Shown one piece after another: positions 20,785 through 29,366 of a stretch of 32,000 nucleotides of DNA. How positions within the stretch are numbered: the first letter of the stretch is position 1; every line of letters starts with the position of its first letter. A program made the translations under genes and the position numbers. This stretch comes from Halalkalibacterium halodurans (GTDB lineage: Bacteria > Bacillota > Bacilli > Bacillales > Bacillaceae_D): assembly GCF_004376175.1 (NCBI RefSeq), contig NZ_SNUY01000006.1, positions 30,001-62,000 of the forward strand. The letters run 5' to 3'. The notes under the pieces were generated by a model. The model made no database searches. It was not told where the DNA came from and saw only the letters and a program-made list of their open reading frames with translations.

Positions 20785-21933
20785 TTATTTTATCAACGAG
20801 TGGACAAACGCTCTCGTTTCTTGATCGACATGTAAAATGTCCGCTAAACTTGGTGAATCGATGCGCTCGTGTCGTTCAAGCGCCTTTTCAATCACATCTT
20901 CAATGCCTAAAAACGATAGCTGGTTGTTTAAAAACAACTCGACGGCTTCTTCATTCGCTGCATTTAAGACCGTAGGCATCGTTCCACCTTGCTTTCCTGA
21001 TTCGTATGCGAACGCCATACAACGGAAACGTTCCATATCTAATGGAGCAAAATGAAGCTTACCTACTTCCCATAAGTTTAACTGTTGTCCCTTATGAAAT
21101 TCAAGTCGGTCGGGATAGGAAAGGGCATATTGGATCGGCACGCGCATATCGGGTGTCCCTAGCTGGGCAATGACACTTCGATCGACAAACTCTACCATGG
21201 AATGGATAATGCTTTCTTTATGTAGCAACACATCAATTTTTTCATACGGAAGATTGAACAACCAGTGGGCTTCAATAACTTCAAGCCCCTTGTTCATCAT
21301 CGTTGCCGAATCGATTGTAATTTTTGCCCCCATGGACCAATTAGGGTGTTTTAAGGCATCCTCTACGGTTACACCGTTTAACTCGTCCCGTGATTTATCG
21401 CGAAAGCTCCCTCCAGAGGCGGTAATGATGATTCGGTGCAATCGATCCATCCGTTCTCCTTGCAACGCTTGGAAGATGGCCGAATGTTCACTATCAACTG
21501 GCAGCAGCTTTACGCCATTTTCCCTTGCTTTTTCTGTTACAAGATGTCCCGCTGTAACAAGGGTTTCTTTATTCGCGAGAGCAATCGTTTTCTTTGCTTC
21601 AATCGCCGCGAGAGTTGGAGCTAATCCGACGCTACCAATAACGGCATTGACAAGAATCTCGGCTTTCTCGGCAGTTGCCACTTCGATAAGTCCTTCTTCT
21701 CCACAGACAACTCTCGTACCTTCTGGAACTTTGGAAGCCAACGTTTTCCGATCCTCATCTGTCATGACTGACACTAGAGGCGGTTTAAATTGATGAATCT
21801 GCTCTTCTGCGAGCGCTAAATTTTTTCCTACAGACATGGCGACAAGGCGAAATTTGTCTCGGTGGTTCGCCAGCACGTCCAATGTTTGCGTCCCTATGGA
21901 TCCAGTTGCTCCTAATACACTGATACCTTTCAC
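20785..21933 (-). CDS. dxr: 1-deoxy-D-xylulose-5-phosphate reductoisomerase, 382 aa
   Basis: [17 protein letters not shown] (NADPH-binding), [31 protein letters not shown] start at 21931-21933 with a GGTGA SD. Confidence 0.95.
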   Translation of the reverse strand: MKGISVLGATGSIGTQTLDVLANHRDKFRLVAMSVGKNLALAEEQIHQFKPPLVSVMTDEDRKTLASKVPEGTRVVCGEEGLIEVATAEKAEILVNAVIGSVGLAPTLAAIEAKKTIALANKETLVTAGHLVTEKARENGVKLLPVDSEHSAIFQALQGERMDRLHRIIITASGGSFRDKSRDELNGVTVEDALKHPNWSMGAKITIDSATMMNKGLEVIEAHWLFNLPYEKIDVLLHKESIIHSMVEFVDRSVIAQLGTPDMRVPIQYALSYPDRLEFHKGQQLNLWEVGKLHFAPLDMERFRCMAFAYESGKQGGTMPTVLNAANEEAVELFLNNQLSFLGIEDVIEKALERHERIDSPSLADILHVDQETRAFVHSLIK

Positions 21934-21960
21934 ATTTTCACCTACACTTCTAAATAGACG

Positions 21961-22755
21961 TTAAAGCAAATGCAATAAATGCAAGATGGGCATGACATAA
22001 ATCAAGCTGTCAAACCGGTCTAATATTCCACCATGACCTGGCAAGACAGTCCCTGAATCTTTTACGGCATAGTGACGCTTTAAGGCGGATTCCACAAGAT
22101 CACCAAGCTGCCCGAAGACAGAAGCGACTACGATCACCGCAAGAGCGACTCCATAAGAGGAAAATAGCGGCATAATCCAGTAAAAAAGGCTACCGATGAT
22201 AACCGCTAATATGATTCCTCCGATGGACCCTTCGATCGTCTTATTCGGGCTAATGTGTGGCCAAAGCTTATGCTTGCCGAACGCCCGTCCTGCAAAATAA
22301 GCGCCTGAATCGGTCGCCCAGATAACAAACAAGACGAAAAAGACGAGAGGAAGCCCGATTTCGGGGATTTCGCGACTTAATAGTAAAAAATGAAATCCAT
22401 ATCCTATGTACGCTGAAGAGAGGATCACGAACCCTGCCTCATCAAATGTAAATGTATTTTTCGTTAATACGGTAAGTAACAAAAGAAATAATATAAAAAA
22501 GATGAAAATTTCAACCTTCGTGAAGTCAGGAATAACTACTTTAAACCAATCGTTCGGCAGGAGCAGCATCCACATTGGCAAAAGGCTGAACGCCCCCATC
22601 GGTGAGAAAGGCGCAATCTTTTTCATTTTTAACAATTCGCTCATTGCGATCGTTGCGACGACAATGATAAACATCGTAAACGGAAGCCCGCCTACAACGA
22701 CGAATGTTAGAAAAACTAGTCCAAAAATAATGGCTGTAACAACCCTTTGTTTCAA
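21961..22755 (-). CDS. cdsA: Phosphatidate cytidylyltransferase (CDP-diglyceride synthase), 264 aa
   Basis: Polytopic membrane protein with the C-terminal signature SALKRHYAVKDSGTVLPGHGGILDRFDS. TTG start (MKQR...), matching the remembered B. subtilis N-terminus. Confidence 0.92.
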   Translation of the reverse strand: MKQRVVTAIIFGLVFLTFVVVGGLPFTMFIIVVATIAMSELLKMKKIAPFSPMGAFSLLPMWMLLLPNDWFKVVIPDFTKVEIFIFFILFLLLLTVLTKNTFTFDEAGFVILSSAYIGYGFHFLLLSREIPEIGLPLVFFVLFVIWATDSGAYFAGRAFGKHKLWPHISPNKTIEGSIGGIILAVIIGSLFYWIMPLFSSYGVALAVIVVASVFGQLGDLVESALKRHYAVKDSGTVLPGHGGILDRFDSLIYVMPILHLLHLL

Positions 22756-22773
22756 AAGAGGTTCGCCCCTTTC

Positions 22774-23544
22774 TTAAACGCCTCCATAGCGCCGTGCCCG
22801 TTTTTGATAGACAGCGATCGCTTCCGTCAAATGATGTTCTGTAAAATCCGGCCAAAGCACATCGGTAAACCAAAATTCACTGTAAGCTAATTGCCATAGC
22901 ATAAAATTGCTCAAGCGTATTTCTCCACTCGTTCGGATCAGCAAATCTGGGTCGCGGAGGTCAGCCGTCATTAAATGGCGGCTAATCACGTCTTCTGTAA
23001 TGGCATCGCTCGAAAGGGTTCCCGTCTCTACTTCTTTGGCAACCTGTTTCATCGCTTCCACCATTTCATATCGACTGCCGTAATTTAGCGCAAAGTTTAA
23101 TATAAGGCCCGTGTTATCTTTCGTTTCCTCCATCGCTTTTGTGACAGCCTTCGCTGTGTGCTCCGGTAAGGTGTCCAATCCCCCCATGATTCGCACTTGT
23201 ACATTTTCTTCCATCAAGTTTGGCAGCTCGAGCTTTAAGAAACGTTCGGGAAGCTTAAGCAAATAATCTACTTCTGTTCTTGGACGCTTCCAATTTTCCG
23301 TAGAAAATGCGTATAGGGACAGCACTTCAATCTTTAAATCAATGGCTTTTCGGACAATTTTATTAATGACTTTCATCCCCTCGCGGTGTCCTGCTATGCG
23401 AGGAAGACCTTTTTTCTTGGCCCAACGGCCATTTCCATCCATAATAATGGCCACATGTTTTGGAATTGCTGATTCATCAAGCGAATGGGAAGGTGTCGTA
23501 TGATTTGAACGATTTCCCTTCCACTTTGAAAACTTTTCAAGCAT
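22774..23544 (-). CDS. uppS: Undecaprenyl (di-trans,poly-cis) diphosphate synthase, 256 aa
   Basis: HVAIIMDGNGRWAKKKGLPRIAGHREG, LYAFSTENWKRP, RTSGEIRLSNFMLWQLAYSEF. GGAGGG lies 6 nt upstream of the ATG. Confidence 0.96.
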   Translation of the reverse strand: MLEKFSKWKGNRSNHTTPSHSLDESAIPKHVAIIMDGNGRWAKKKGLPRIAGHREGMKVINKIVRKAIDLKIEVLSLYAFSTENWKRPRTEVDYLLKLPERFLKLELPNLMEENVQVRIMGGLDTLPEHTAKAVTKAMEETKDNTGLILNFALNYGSRYEMVEAMKQVAKEVETGTLSSDAITEDVISRHLMTADLRDPDLLIRTSGEIRLSNFMLWQLAYSEFWFTDVLWPDFTEHHLTEAIAVYQKRARRYGGV

Positions 23545-23638
23545 GGATAGCCCTCCAACAATGTTGCGTTCAAACTCCTTATTTTATGAAGACCGTTGTG
23601 CCAACCAGATCGGAGCCTTTTATGAACAATTTAATTAG

Positions 23639-23668
23639 AGAAAAAAACCCCCTATCATCAGAGGGTCT
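23639..23668 (-). terminator. Intrinsic terminator after frr
   Basis: Minus strand: ACCCTCT-GATGAT-AGGGGGT (7-bp stem with one G.U; 23647-23653 / 23660-23666) followed by TTTTTTTCTC. Confidence 0.78.
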
Positions 23669-23699
23669 CTTACATTACTCTATTTTAACGTGAAAGTGA

Positions 23700-24257
23700 T
23701 TATACTTCCATGATTTCTTTCTCTTTCGCTTCTGCTTTTTGGTCGATTTGCTCGATGTACTTGTCTGTCAGCTTTTGGACATCCTCTGTCACTCTGCGCA
23801 AATCATCCTCTGTCAGTTCACCGTCTTTTTGTCGTTTTTTCAAATCATCATTGGCATCACGACGAATGTTTCGAACGGCAACCTTCGCCTCTTCTGCTGA
23901 CTTTTTCACAAGCTTTGTTAAGTCGCGACGACGCTCTTCCGTAAGCGGTGGAATTGTGATACGAATCACAGTTCCGTCATTGGAAGGGGTTAATCCGAGA
24001 TCTGACTTTTGGATCGCACGTTCAATGTCTGAAATGGATGACTTATCGAATGGTTGAATGACTAATAAACGAGCCTCTGGAACTGAAATGGTCGCCAACT
24101 GATTAAGCGGTGTTTCCGCTCCATAATATTCCACTGTGATGCGATCAAGCATCGCTGGATTCGCACGACCAGCTCGTAACTTTGCTAATTCACGTCCTAG
24201 CGCTTCCGTTGCTTTCGTCATACGTTGTTCTGCATCGTTTAACACTTCTTTTGACAT
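23700..24257 (-). CDS. frr: Ribosome recycling factor, 185 aa
   Basis: [55 protein letters not shown] is canonical Frr. Its ATG overlaps the pyrH stop as TAATG (1-nt overlap at 24257). Confidence 0.97.
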   Translation of the reverse strand: MSKEVLNDAEQRMTKATEALGRELAKLRAGRANPAMLDRITVEYYGAETPLNQLATISVPEARLLVIQPFDKSSISDIERAIQKSDLGLTPSNDGTVIRITIPPLTEERRRDLTKLVKKSAEEAKVAVRNIRRDANDDLKKRQKDGELTEDDLRRVTEDVQKLTDKYIEQIDQKAEAKEKEIMEV

Positions 24258-24976
24258 TAGTTACTCCCCCTTACAACAGTACCGATTTCTTCTCCAAGAA
24301 CGGCCTTTTTAATATTACCTTCTTCCATAATCGAGAACACAATGAGCGGAATGTTGTTGTCCATACATAGGGATGAAGCCGTTGAGTCCATGACCGCTAG
24401 GCCTTCTTTTAACACATCCAAATAGGAAATGGACGTATATTTTTTGGCATTGAGATCAACAGAAGGGTCGGCATTGTACACACCGTCCACTTTATTTTTC
24501 GCCATTAAAATGACTTCAGCCTCGATTTCAGCTGCCCGTAGTGCAGCCGTTGTATCGGTAGAGAAATAAGGATTTCCTGTTCCTGCGGCAAAAATGACGA
24601 CCCGCTTTTTCTCCAAATGGCGAATCGCCCGTCTGCGAATATAAGGCTCTGCCACTTGTCTCATTTCAATCGAGGTTTGAACGCGTGATTGGACGTCAAG
24701 GTTTTCCAAGCTGTCCTGTAACGCTAATGAATTCATGACCGTCGCTAGCATCCCCATGTAATCTGCAGTTGCTCGGTCCATCCCTTTCGCGCTACCTGCC
24801 ATCCCGCGCCAAATGTTGCCACCACCTACGACGACAGCAACCTCTACATCTAATTCAACGATTTCTTTAATTTGTGAAGCAATCGATTGAATGACTTCCG
24901 GATCGATGCCATATCCTTGTTCTCCTGCTAACGCCTCGCCGCTCAACTTTAAAACGACTCGTTTATATTTAGCCAT
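24257..24976 (-). CDS. pyrH: UMP kinase, 239 aa
   Basis: [28 protein letters not shown]...[10 protein letters not shown]...[26 protein letters not shown] trimmed the start to the ATG at 24974-24976, which has GGAGG 6 nt upstream. Confidence 0.96.
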   Translation of the reverse strand: MAKYKRVVLKLSGEALAGEQGYGIDPEVIQSIASQIKEIVELDVEVAVVVGGGNIWRGMAGSAKGMDRATADYMGMLATVMNSLALQDSLENLDVQSRVQTSIEMRQVAEPYIRRRAIRHLEKKRVVIFAAGTGNPYFSTDTTAALRAAEIEAEVILMAKNKVDGVYNADPSVDLNAKKYTSISYLDVLKEGLAVMDSTASSLCMDNNIPLIVFSIMEEGNIKKAVLGEEIGTVVRGSN

Positions 24977-25054
24977 GAGTACCTCCAAAGTCTTATCTGA
25001 AGTTCAAGCTCCACTCTCTATGTATATGTGTTTCATGCTGAAGCTCGCTTTTTT

Positions 25055-25124
25055 GAAAAAAGGGACACGCAGTGCCCCTTTTTATCTTCAAAACAGGCGC
25101 CACCGCTCACTCTACTATGCGCCT
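25055..25124 (-). terminator. Two tandem hairpins after tsf; the distal one is a canonical intrinsic terminator
   Basis: Minus strand, proximal hairpin: AGGCGC-(18 nt)-GCGCCT followed by GTTTTG (25095-25124). Distal hairpin: GGGGCAC-TGC-GTGTCCC (7 bp with one G.U; 25062-25078) followed by TTTTTTC. Confidence 0.75.
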
Positions 25125-25137
25125 TGCATGTTCCTCA

Positions 25138-26019
25138 TTACTTCTTCACTTGAGACATAACTTCTTCTGCAAAGTTGTCTTCACGCTTCTCGAGCCCTTC
25201 GCCTACTTCATAGCGGATGAACTCTTTCACAGTAGCCCCTTTGCTTTGCACGTATTTGCCAACTTTTTGATCGCCATCTTTAACGAATGCTTGGTCAAGT
25301 AAACATACTTGCTCAAAGTATTTGCCAAGACGCCCTTCCACCATCTTTTCGACGATGTTTTCTGGCTTACCTTCATTAAGTGCTTGTTGTTTTAACACTT
25401 CGCGCTCGCGAGCTACTTCATCCTCAGACACTTGATCGCGTGTCACATAAGTAGGGTTAATCGCTGCAACGTGCATCGCAATATCCTTCGCAAGCTCTTC
25501 ATCTGAAGATTGACCGATAACGGAAAGAACCCCGATGCGTCCACCCATATGGATGTACTGTCCAAACACATCTCCGTCTTCTTTTTCAACAATTTCAAAC
25601 CGACGAAGGGAAAGCTTTTCGCCAATTTTTGCAATCGCAGAGTTGATGTATTCTTGAACCGTTTCTCCACCGCTAAATGGTTGCTCTAGCGCTTCTTCCA
25701 CAGAAGCAGGACGTTTTTCTAGCAAGTGAGAAGCTAATTCAGCTACGAGTTTTTGGAAGTTTTCGTTTTTTGCGACGAAGTCTGTTTCAGAGTTAACTTC
25801 GACGATGATCGCGTGATTCCCTTCTGCTTTTACATAGGCTAGTCCTTCAGCAGCTACGCGGTCCGCTTTTTTCGCCGCTTTCGCAATCCCTTTTTCACGA
25901 AGATAGTCAATCGCTTTATCCATATCTCCGTTCGTTTCTGTTAATGCTTTTTTACAATCCATCATCCCTGCGCCTGTTTTTTCGCGCAGCTCTTTTACCA
26001 TGCTTGCCGTAATTGCCAT
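25138..26019 (-). CDS. tsf: Elongation factor Ts, 293 aa
   Basis: [44 protein letters not shown] is canonical EF-Ts. AAGGAGG lies 8 nt upstream of the ATG. Confidence 0.97.
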   Translation of the reverse strand: MAITASMVKELREKTGAGMMDCKKALTETNGDMDKAIDYLREKGIAKAAKKADRVAAEGLAYVKAEGNHAIIVEVNSETDFVAKNENFQKLVAELASHLLEKRPASVEEALEQPFSGGETVQEYINSAIAKIGEKLSLRRFEIVEKEDGDVFGQYIHMGGRIGVLSVIGQSSDEELAKDIAMHVAAINPTYVTRDQVSEDEVAREREVLKQQALNEGKPENIVEKMVEGRLGKYFEQVCLLDQAFVKDGDQKVGKYVQSKGATVKEFIRYEVGEGLEKREDNFAEEVMSQVKK

Positions 26020-26132
26020 GGAACATTCCTCCTTAATGATTATGTATGATGATCTTATCTTTGTAAGCTGTTCATTTTAAGAAAAGCTCGGCTTTTTTAG
26101 TATGCTTTGCTTTCCTATCTTTTCTCAGAGTG

Positions 26133-26170
26133 GAAAAAAAGGCGATAAAGGGTCACTCCCCTTTATCACC
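26133..26170 (-). terminator. Strong hairpin plus U7 between rpsB and tsf (intra-operon attenuator or partial terminator)
   Basis: Minus strand: GGTGATAAAGGG-(loop)-CCCTTTATCGCC (12-bp stem with one G.U; 26141-26152 / 26159-26170) followed by TTTTTTTCC. It begins 20 nt after the rpsB stop and lies about 110 nt before the tsf ATG. Confidence 0.65.
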
Positions 26171-26189
26171 CTTTCCGAGAGTTTTGACA

Positions 26190-26924
26190 TTAAGCTGTTG
26201 TCTCTTCTGTCTCTTCCGCCACTTCTTCTGCCTCTTCGCCAGCACCAGAAGTTGCTTCTACTACAGCATCTGCCATTTTTCCAGTCAAAAGTTTAACCGC
26301 GCGAATCGCGTCATCGTTACCTGGAATGACATAATCGATTTCATCTGGGTCACAGTTTGTATCTACAATCGCTACGATTGGAATGTTTAGCTTATGAGCC
26401 TCCGCGATCGCAATACGCTCTTTACGAGGGTCGATCACAAAAAGGGCATCCGGAAGGCTGTTCATATCTTTAATTCCGCCTAGGAACTTCTCAAGACGCT
26501 CCATCTCTTTCTTAAGAAGGATAACTTCTTTCTTAGGAAGAACATCGAACGTTCCATCCTCTTCCATTTTCTCGAGCTTTTTAAGGCGATCAATGCGCTT
26601 TTGAATGGTCTCAAAGTTCGTTAATGTACCACCTAACCAACGTTGGTTGATATAGTACATACCGCAGCGCTCAGCTTCTTCCTTCACTGAATCTTGCGCT
26701 TGCTTTTTCGTCCCTACGAAAAGGACTTTCCCGCCGTCAGCAGCAAGCTCGCGAACAAAATTGTACGCTTCCTCTACTTTTTTGACGGTCTTTTGTAAAT
26801 CGATAATGTAAATTCCGTTACGTTCTGTGAAGATGTAGCGATCCATTTTAGGGTTCCAACGGCGTGTTTGGTGACCGAAGTGCACCCCAGCTTCCAACAA
26901 TTGTTTCATGGAAATAACTGCCAC
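26190..26924 (-). CDS. rpsB: 30S ribosomal protein S2, 244 aa
   Basis: (M)[45 protein letters not shown] is canonical S2. I trimmed the start to the GTG at 26922-26924, which has GAGGAGG 8 nt upstream. This reproduces the conserved N-terminus. The 17 extra codons in the ORF track have no SD. Confidence 0.95.
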   Translation of the reverse strand: MAVISMKQLLEAGVHFGHQTRRWNPKMDRYIFTERNGIYIIDLQKTVKKVEEAYNFVRELAADGGKVLFVGTKKQAQDSVKEEAERCGMYYINQRWLGGTLTNFETIQKRIDRLKKLEKMEEDGTFDVLPKKEVILLKKEMERLEKFLGGIKDMNSLPDALFVIDPRKERIAIAEAHKLNIPIVAIVDTNCDPDEIDYVIPGNDDAIRAVKLLTGKMADAVVEATSGAGEEAEEVAEETEETTA

Positions 26925-27042
26925 ATCCAACACCTCCTCTTTGGTTTTTTTGTCCTCCGCACTCATCATGTTCATGCAAGACTACCTGTTCAGATAGCAC
27001 CTTTGCCTGAATCCGAGGCGTGTGTGATTAACACCGTGGATT

Positions 27043-27071
27043 AATATACCACACGAAAAGAGGGAAAGCAA
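27043..27071 (-). promoter_or_regulatory. Sigma-A promoter candidate for rpsB-tsf (extended -10)
   Basis: Minus strand: TTGCTT (27066-27071), 17-nt spacer ending in TGg, then TATATT (27043-27048). It sits 14 nt after the swrB stop and roughly 110 nt upstream of the rpsB start. Confidence 0.6.
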
Positions 27072-27085
27072 GAGCGAGTCACGAT

Positions 27086-27586
27086 TTAACCGTAAAATTT
27101 CAATAGTAGCTCTACTTCCCCTTTTCCCATATTTAATTTTTTAGCAATCTCTTCAACGGAAAGTCCCTGTTTCGCTAATGAAATGACTCGGCTTTGATCG
27201 GATGTTTCGACAATGACGGCTTCGTCATTGGACCCGTCAAGCCACGGGGGAACAGACTCCTCTTGTTCTTCTGGCGGAGCGGGATCCGATTCTCGTACAG
27301 CCTCTGGCTCAGGCTCACTCATTGGCTTAGCGGGGGTAGCTAGGGTAGAAGCGTCCTCCGGCTCCTTTGCTACTGGCACCTTTCTCATCGCTTCGAACTG
27401 CTTGAGAAGCTTTTCATTTTCTTCTTTCATTTCGAGCGTATACGCCGCAAGTAAATCCTCTATTTCTTTGACCGTCTTTTTGTGGTCTGTCTCCGTTTCT
27501 TTTAACGATAGCTTTTGCATGAGTGTGATGATCCAGAGAAACGTCACCCCGTGAAGAATTAAACTGATAATGGCGATTGTGCTCAT
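27086..27586 (-). CDS. swrB: SwrB-like flagellar export-apparatus activator (single N-terminal TM helix), 166 aa
   Basis: It is the last gene before rpsB, as in B. subtilis. The start is the internal ATG at 27584-27586, with GAAGGAGGAGAA immediately upstream. MSTIAIISLILHGVTFLWIITLMQKL (TM helix), then LLAAYTLEMKEENEKLL, and a C-terminal VISLAKQGLSVEEIAKKLNMGKGEVELLLKF. This resembles my recollection of SwrB in length and layout. Confidence 0.72.
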   Translation of the reverse strand: MSTIAIISLILHGVTFLWIITLMQKLSLKETETDHKKTVKEIEDLLAAYTLEMKEENEKLLKQFEAMRKVPVAKEPEDASTLATPAKPMSEPEPEAVRESDPAPPEEQEESVPPWLDGSNDEAVIVETSDQSRVISLAKQGLSVEEIAKKLNMGKGEVELLLKFYG

Positions 27587-27611
27587 TTCTCCTCCTTCAG
27601 TTGTGCAAGGT

Positions 27612-27929
27612 TTAGCCTGAAAAATCAATAAATTGCCCTTTATATGGATGGCTTTTCTGCACTTTCTTTTGCTGCTTTTTCCGCTCTTCTTTCTCTTTCT
27701 CGTGCTTTTGTTGCCCTTTCTCCTTGTCGCCGTCGCGAAATCTGGCCACATCGGTTTCTTCTGCTTCGTTTACTTGCTTTCTCTTAGTGTTTGTCTCATC
27801 TTTTAACTGTTCTTGAATAACCTCTTGCCCTACCTGACCCCGTTGCTGAAGCTGATCTTGAATTTTCCCCACTTGCTGGGAACGAGGAATCGCCCCTTGA
27901 TATTCAATCGGCCTGATGCTCACAAGCAC
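27612..27929 (-). CDS. Hypothetical small K/E/Q-rich protein (orf105; 103-105 aa depending on the GTG start)
   Basis: Same-strand ORF filling the gap between the DUF342 gene and swrB. AGGAGGG lies just upstream. The GTG at 27927-27929 is only about 1 nt from the SD, while the GTG at 27921-27923 has about 7-nt spacing and is the likelier start. I recognise no named family. Confidence 0.55.
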   Translation of the reverse strand: MLVSIRPIEYQGAIPRSQQVGKIQDQLQQRGQVGQEVIQEQLKDETNTKRKQVNEAEETDVARFRDGDKEKGQQKHEKEKEERKKQQKKVQKSHPYKGQFIDFSG

Positions 27930-27957
27930 CCCTCCTAATGAAACCTATCGCTGCCTT

Positions 27958-29340
27958 TTACCGAGAAGACAGTTGAATTTCTTGATCGACGAGTGACAGC
28001 TTAACATTCGAATGGTTTGAAACGATTTTTCTTCGATACTTTCCAAAATGGGCGCTCACATTAGGGTACAGGGTTTGTTCAACGACGATTGAACCGGCTT
28101 GATTTAGTGTGAGCTTCTCCTGTACGTCTTCTAATTGCTCTTTGATTTGCTCATGCTTTTCCTTTACTTGGACTAGTGTATTTTTCACCCGCAACCGTTG
28201 GACCCGACCGTTAGCTGTAAGCCCATTTTCTTTTTCTAACTCCTGAAATTTTTGCAAGAGTAGTGACAGCTTTTTCAGTTCCTCTTCTGTTGTTTTATAT
28301 TCTTTTGCCAACTGTTTTTCTTTTGTGACCCACTTTTCCTTCGCGCCAATATACAAAGAGGTTTTCGTATGCATACTATTGCCAATTTCCTTCGCATAAA
28401 TGTGATCTTCTGCTGATAAGGCACCACCAACAATGTTCCCTTTCCCTCTTGTGCAAATAATCTTACCTCCCGCCGTACACGTGCTGTGCAAAATGGATTG
28501 GACGACTTCAATATCACCGCCCACTTCCACTTTCGCTTGGTTAATGAACGTTGTATGCAAACCACCCTCTGCACGAATACATCCGCGATTTTGCCCGACA
28601 ATTCCGGCCCCGACAAAGATCGAACCGCCTGCTTCTAACGTCGCACCTTCCACTGTCCCAAAAACGCGAATATCGCCTCCCGCCTTCACGACAAATCCGT
28701 CAGGGACGTGACCACGAATGATGACGTTTCCAATAAATGAGATGTTCCCATGCTTCATCGTTAAATCGCCTGGAACCTCATAAACGGGATAGACATGAAT
28801 CGTACGTTTATCAACGCTCATTTGCCCGTCCACAGCAGCTACTAGTGTTCCATTGGCTTCATCTACTGTCGAGTTTTTACCAGGACGAAGAACAAATTCA
28901 CGCCCTGGTTTTGCCTTGATCGGTTCCCCTAAAACATTCATGCCGTCTTCTCCTAGGGTCGCAGGAATTTTTTTGCCGATGACCTGCCCCTGCTTCACTT
29001 CTGGAATCGATAAGACATCACGAAGGTTCATCGCTGAAATCGAGTGGACGTCACGCTCTTCTTCCTCATGTTGGATCGGCTGCAAATAGCCATGCTTTCC
29101 ATTTTGAGGCTGTAACCCTTCAGCCACTTTCACTGACGACGTTAGCCCTTTTTCGCTTTTAACGACCTGATCAATGACAGATTCTTTTACGCCAAACACA
29201 ACACCGTGTTCCTTCATAAAAGAAAGCAACTCATCCTTTGTCACTGGATGATCCTCTGGGAAAGGCTCGTGTTGTTTCAATGTTGCTTCCATCTTGTCTC
29301 GTGAAATAATGACTTCAAAAATTGTGTCCAGTTTGCTCAT
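27958..29340 (-). CDS. DUF342 / FapA (flagellar assembly protein A)-like protein, 460 aa
   Basis: The N-terminal domain (DKMEATLKQ...TKDELLSFMKEHGVVFGVKESVIDQVV) resembles FapA_N. The central Gly-rich region (about aa 197-320: GNVIIRGHV..VKAGGDIRVFGTVEGATLEAGGSIFVGAGIVG..VEVGGDIEVV..CTAGGKIIC..GNIVGG) resembles a beta-helix repeat. A heptad-like charged segment follows (about aa 335-410), then a C-terminal GSIVVEQTLYPNV. It lies directly downstream of sigD. Confidence 0.8.
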   Translation of the reverse strand: MSKLDTIFEVIISRDKMEATLKQHEPFPEDHPVTKDELLSFMKEHGVVFGVKESVIDQVVKSEKGLTSSVKVAEGLQPQNGKHGYLQPIQHEEEERDVHSISAMNLRDVLSIPEVKQGQVIGKKIPATLGEDGMNVLGEPIKAKPGREFVLRPGKNSTVDEANGTLVAAVDGQMSVDKRTIHVYPVYEVPGDLTMKHGNISFIGNVIIRGHVPDGFVVKAGGDIRVFGTVEGATLEAGGSIFVGAGIVGQNRGCIRAEGGLHTTFINQAKVEVGGDIEVVQSILHSTCTAGGKIICTRGKGNIVGGALSAEDHIYAKEIGNSMHTKTSLYIGAKEKWVTKEKQLAKEYKTTEEELKKLSLLLQKFQELEKENGLTANGRVQRLRVKNTLVQVKEKHEQIKEQLEDVQEKLTLNQAGSIVVEQTLYPNVSAHFGKYRRKIVSNHSNVKLSLVDQEIQLSSR

Positions 29341-29366
29341 AGTTTTTCAAATCCTTTGTCAGCGTT

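Noticed and set aside
21170-21793. 207-aa plus-strand ORF antisense to dxr
   Set aside because: It lies entirely within the conserved dxr frame. Its S/T/F-rich composition is typical of the antisense of an E/K/G-rich gene, and there is no SD.
26925-26975. Upstream in-frame extensions proposed by the ORF track for rpsB; the same applies to polC (17619-17645), pyrH (24977-24988), rpsO (5825-5833), ymxH (687-713) and ylxR (11399-11407)
   Set aside because: In each case a downstream start has a canonical GGAGG-type SD at 6-9 nt and reproduces the conserved N-terminus. The extension has no SD.
28275-28616. 113-aa alternative-frame minus-strand ORF inside the DUF342 gene; similar ones lie at 22541-22873, 7941-8183 and 10382-10690
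   Set aside because: These are embedded out of frame in longer ORFs that have family-typical sequence. They have no independent SD.
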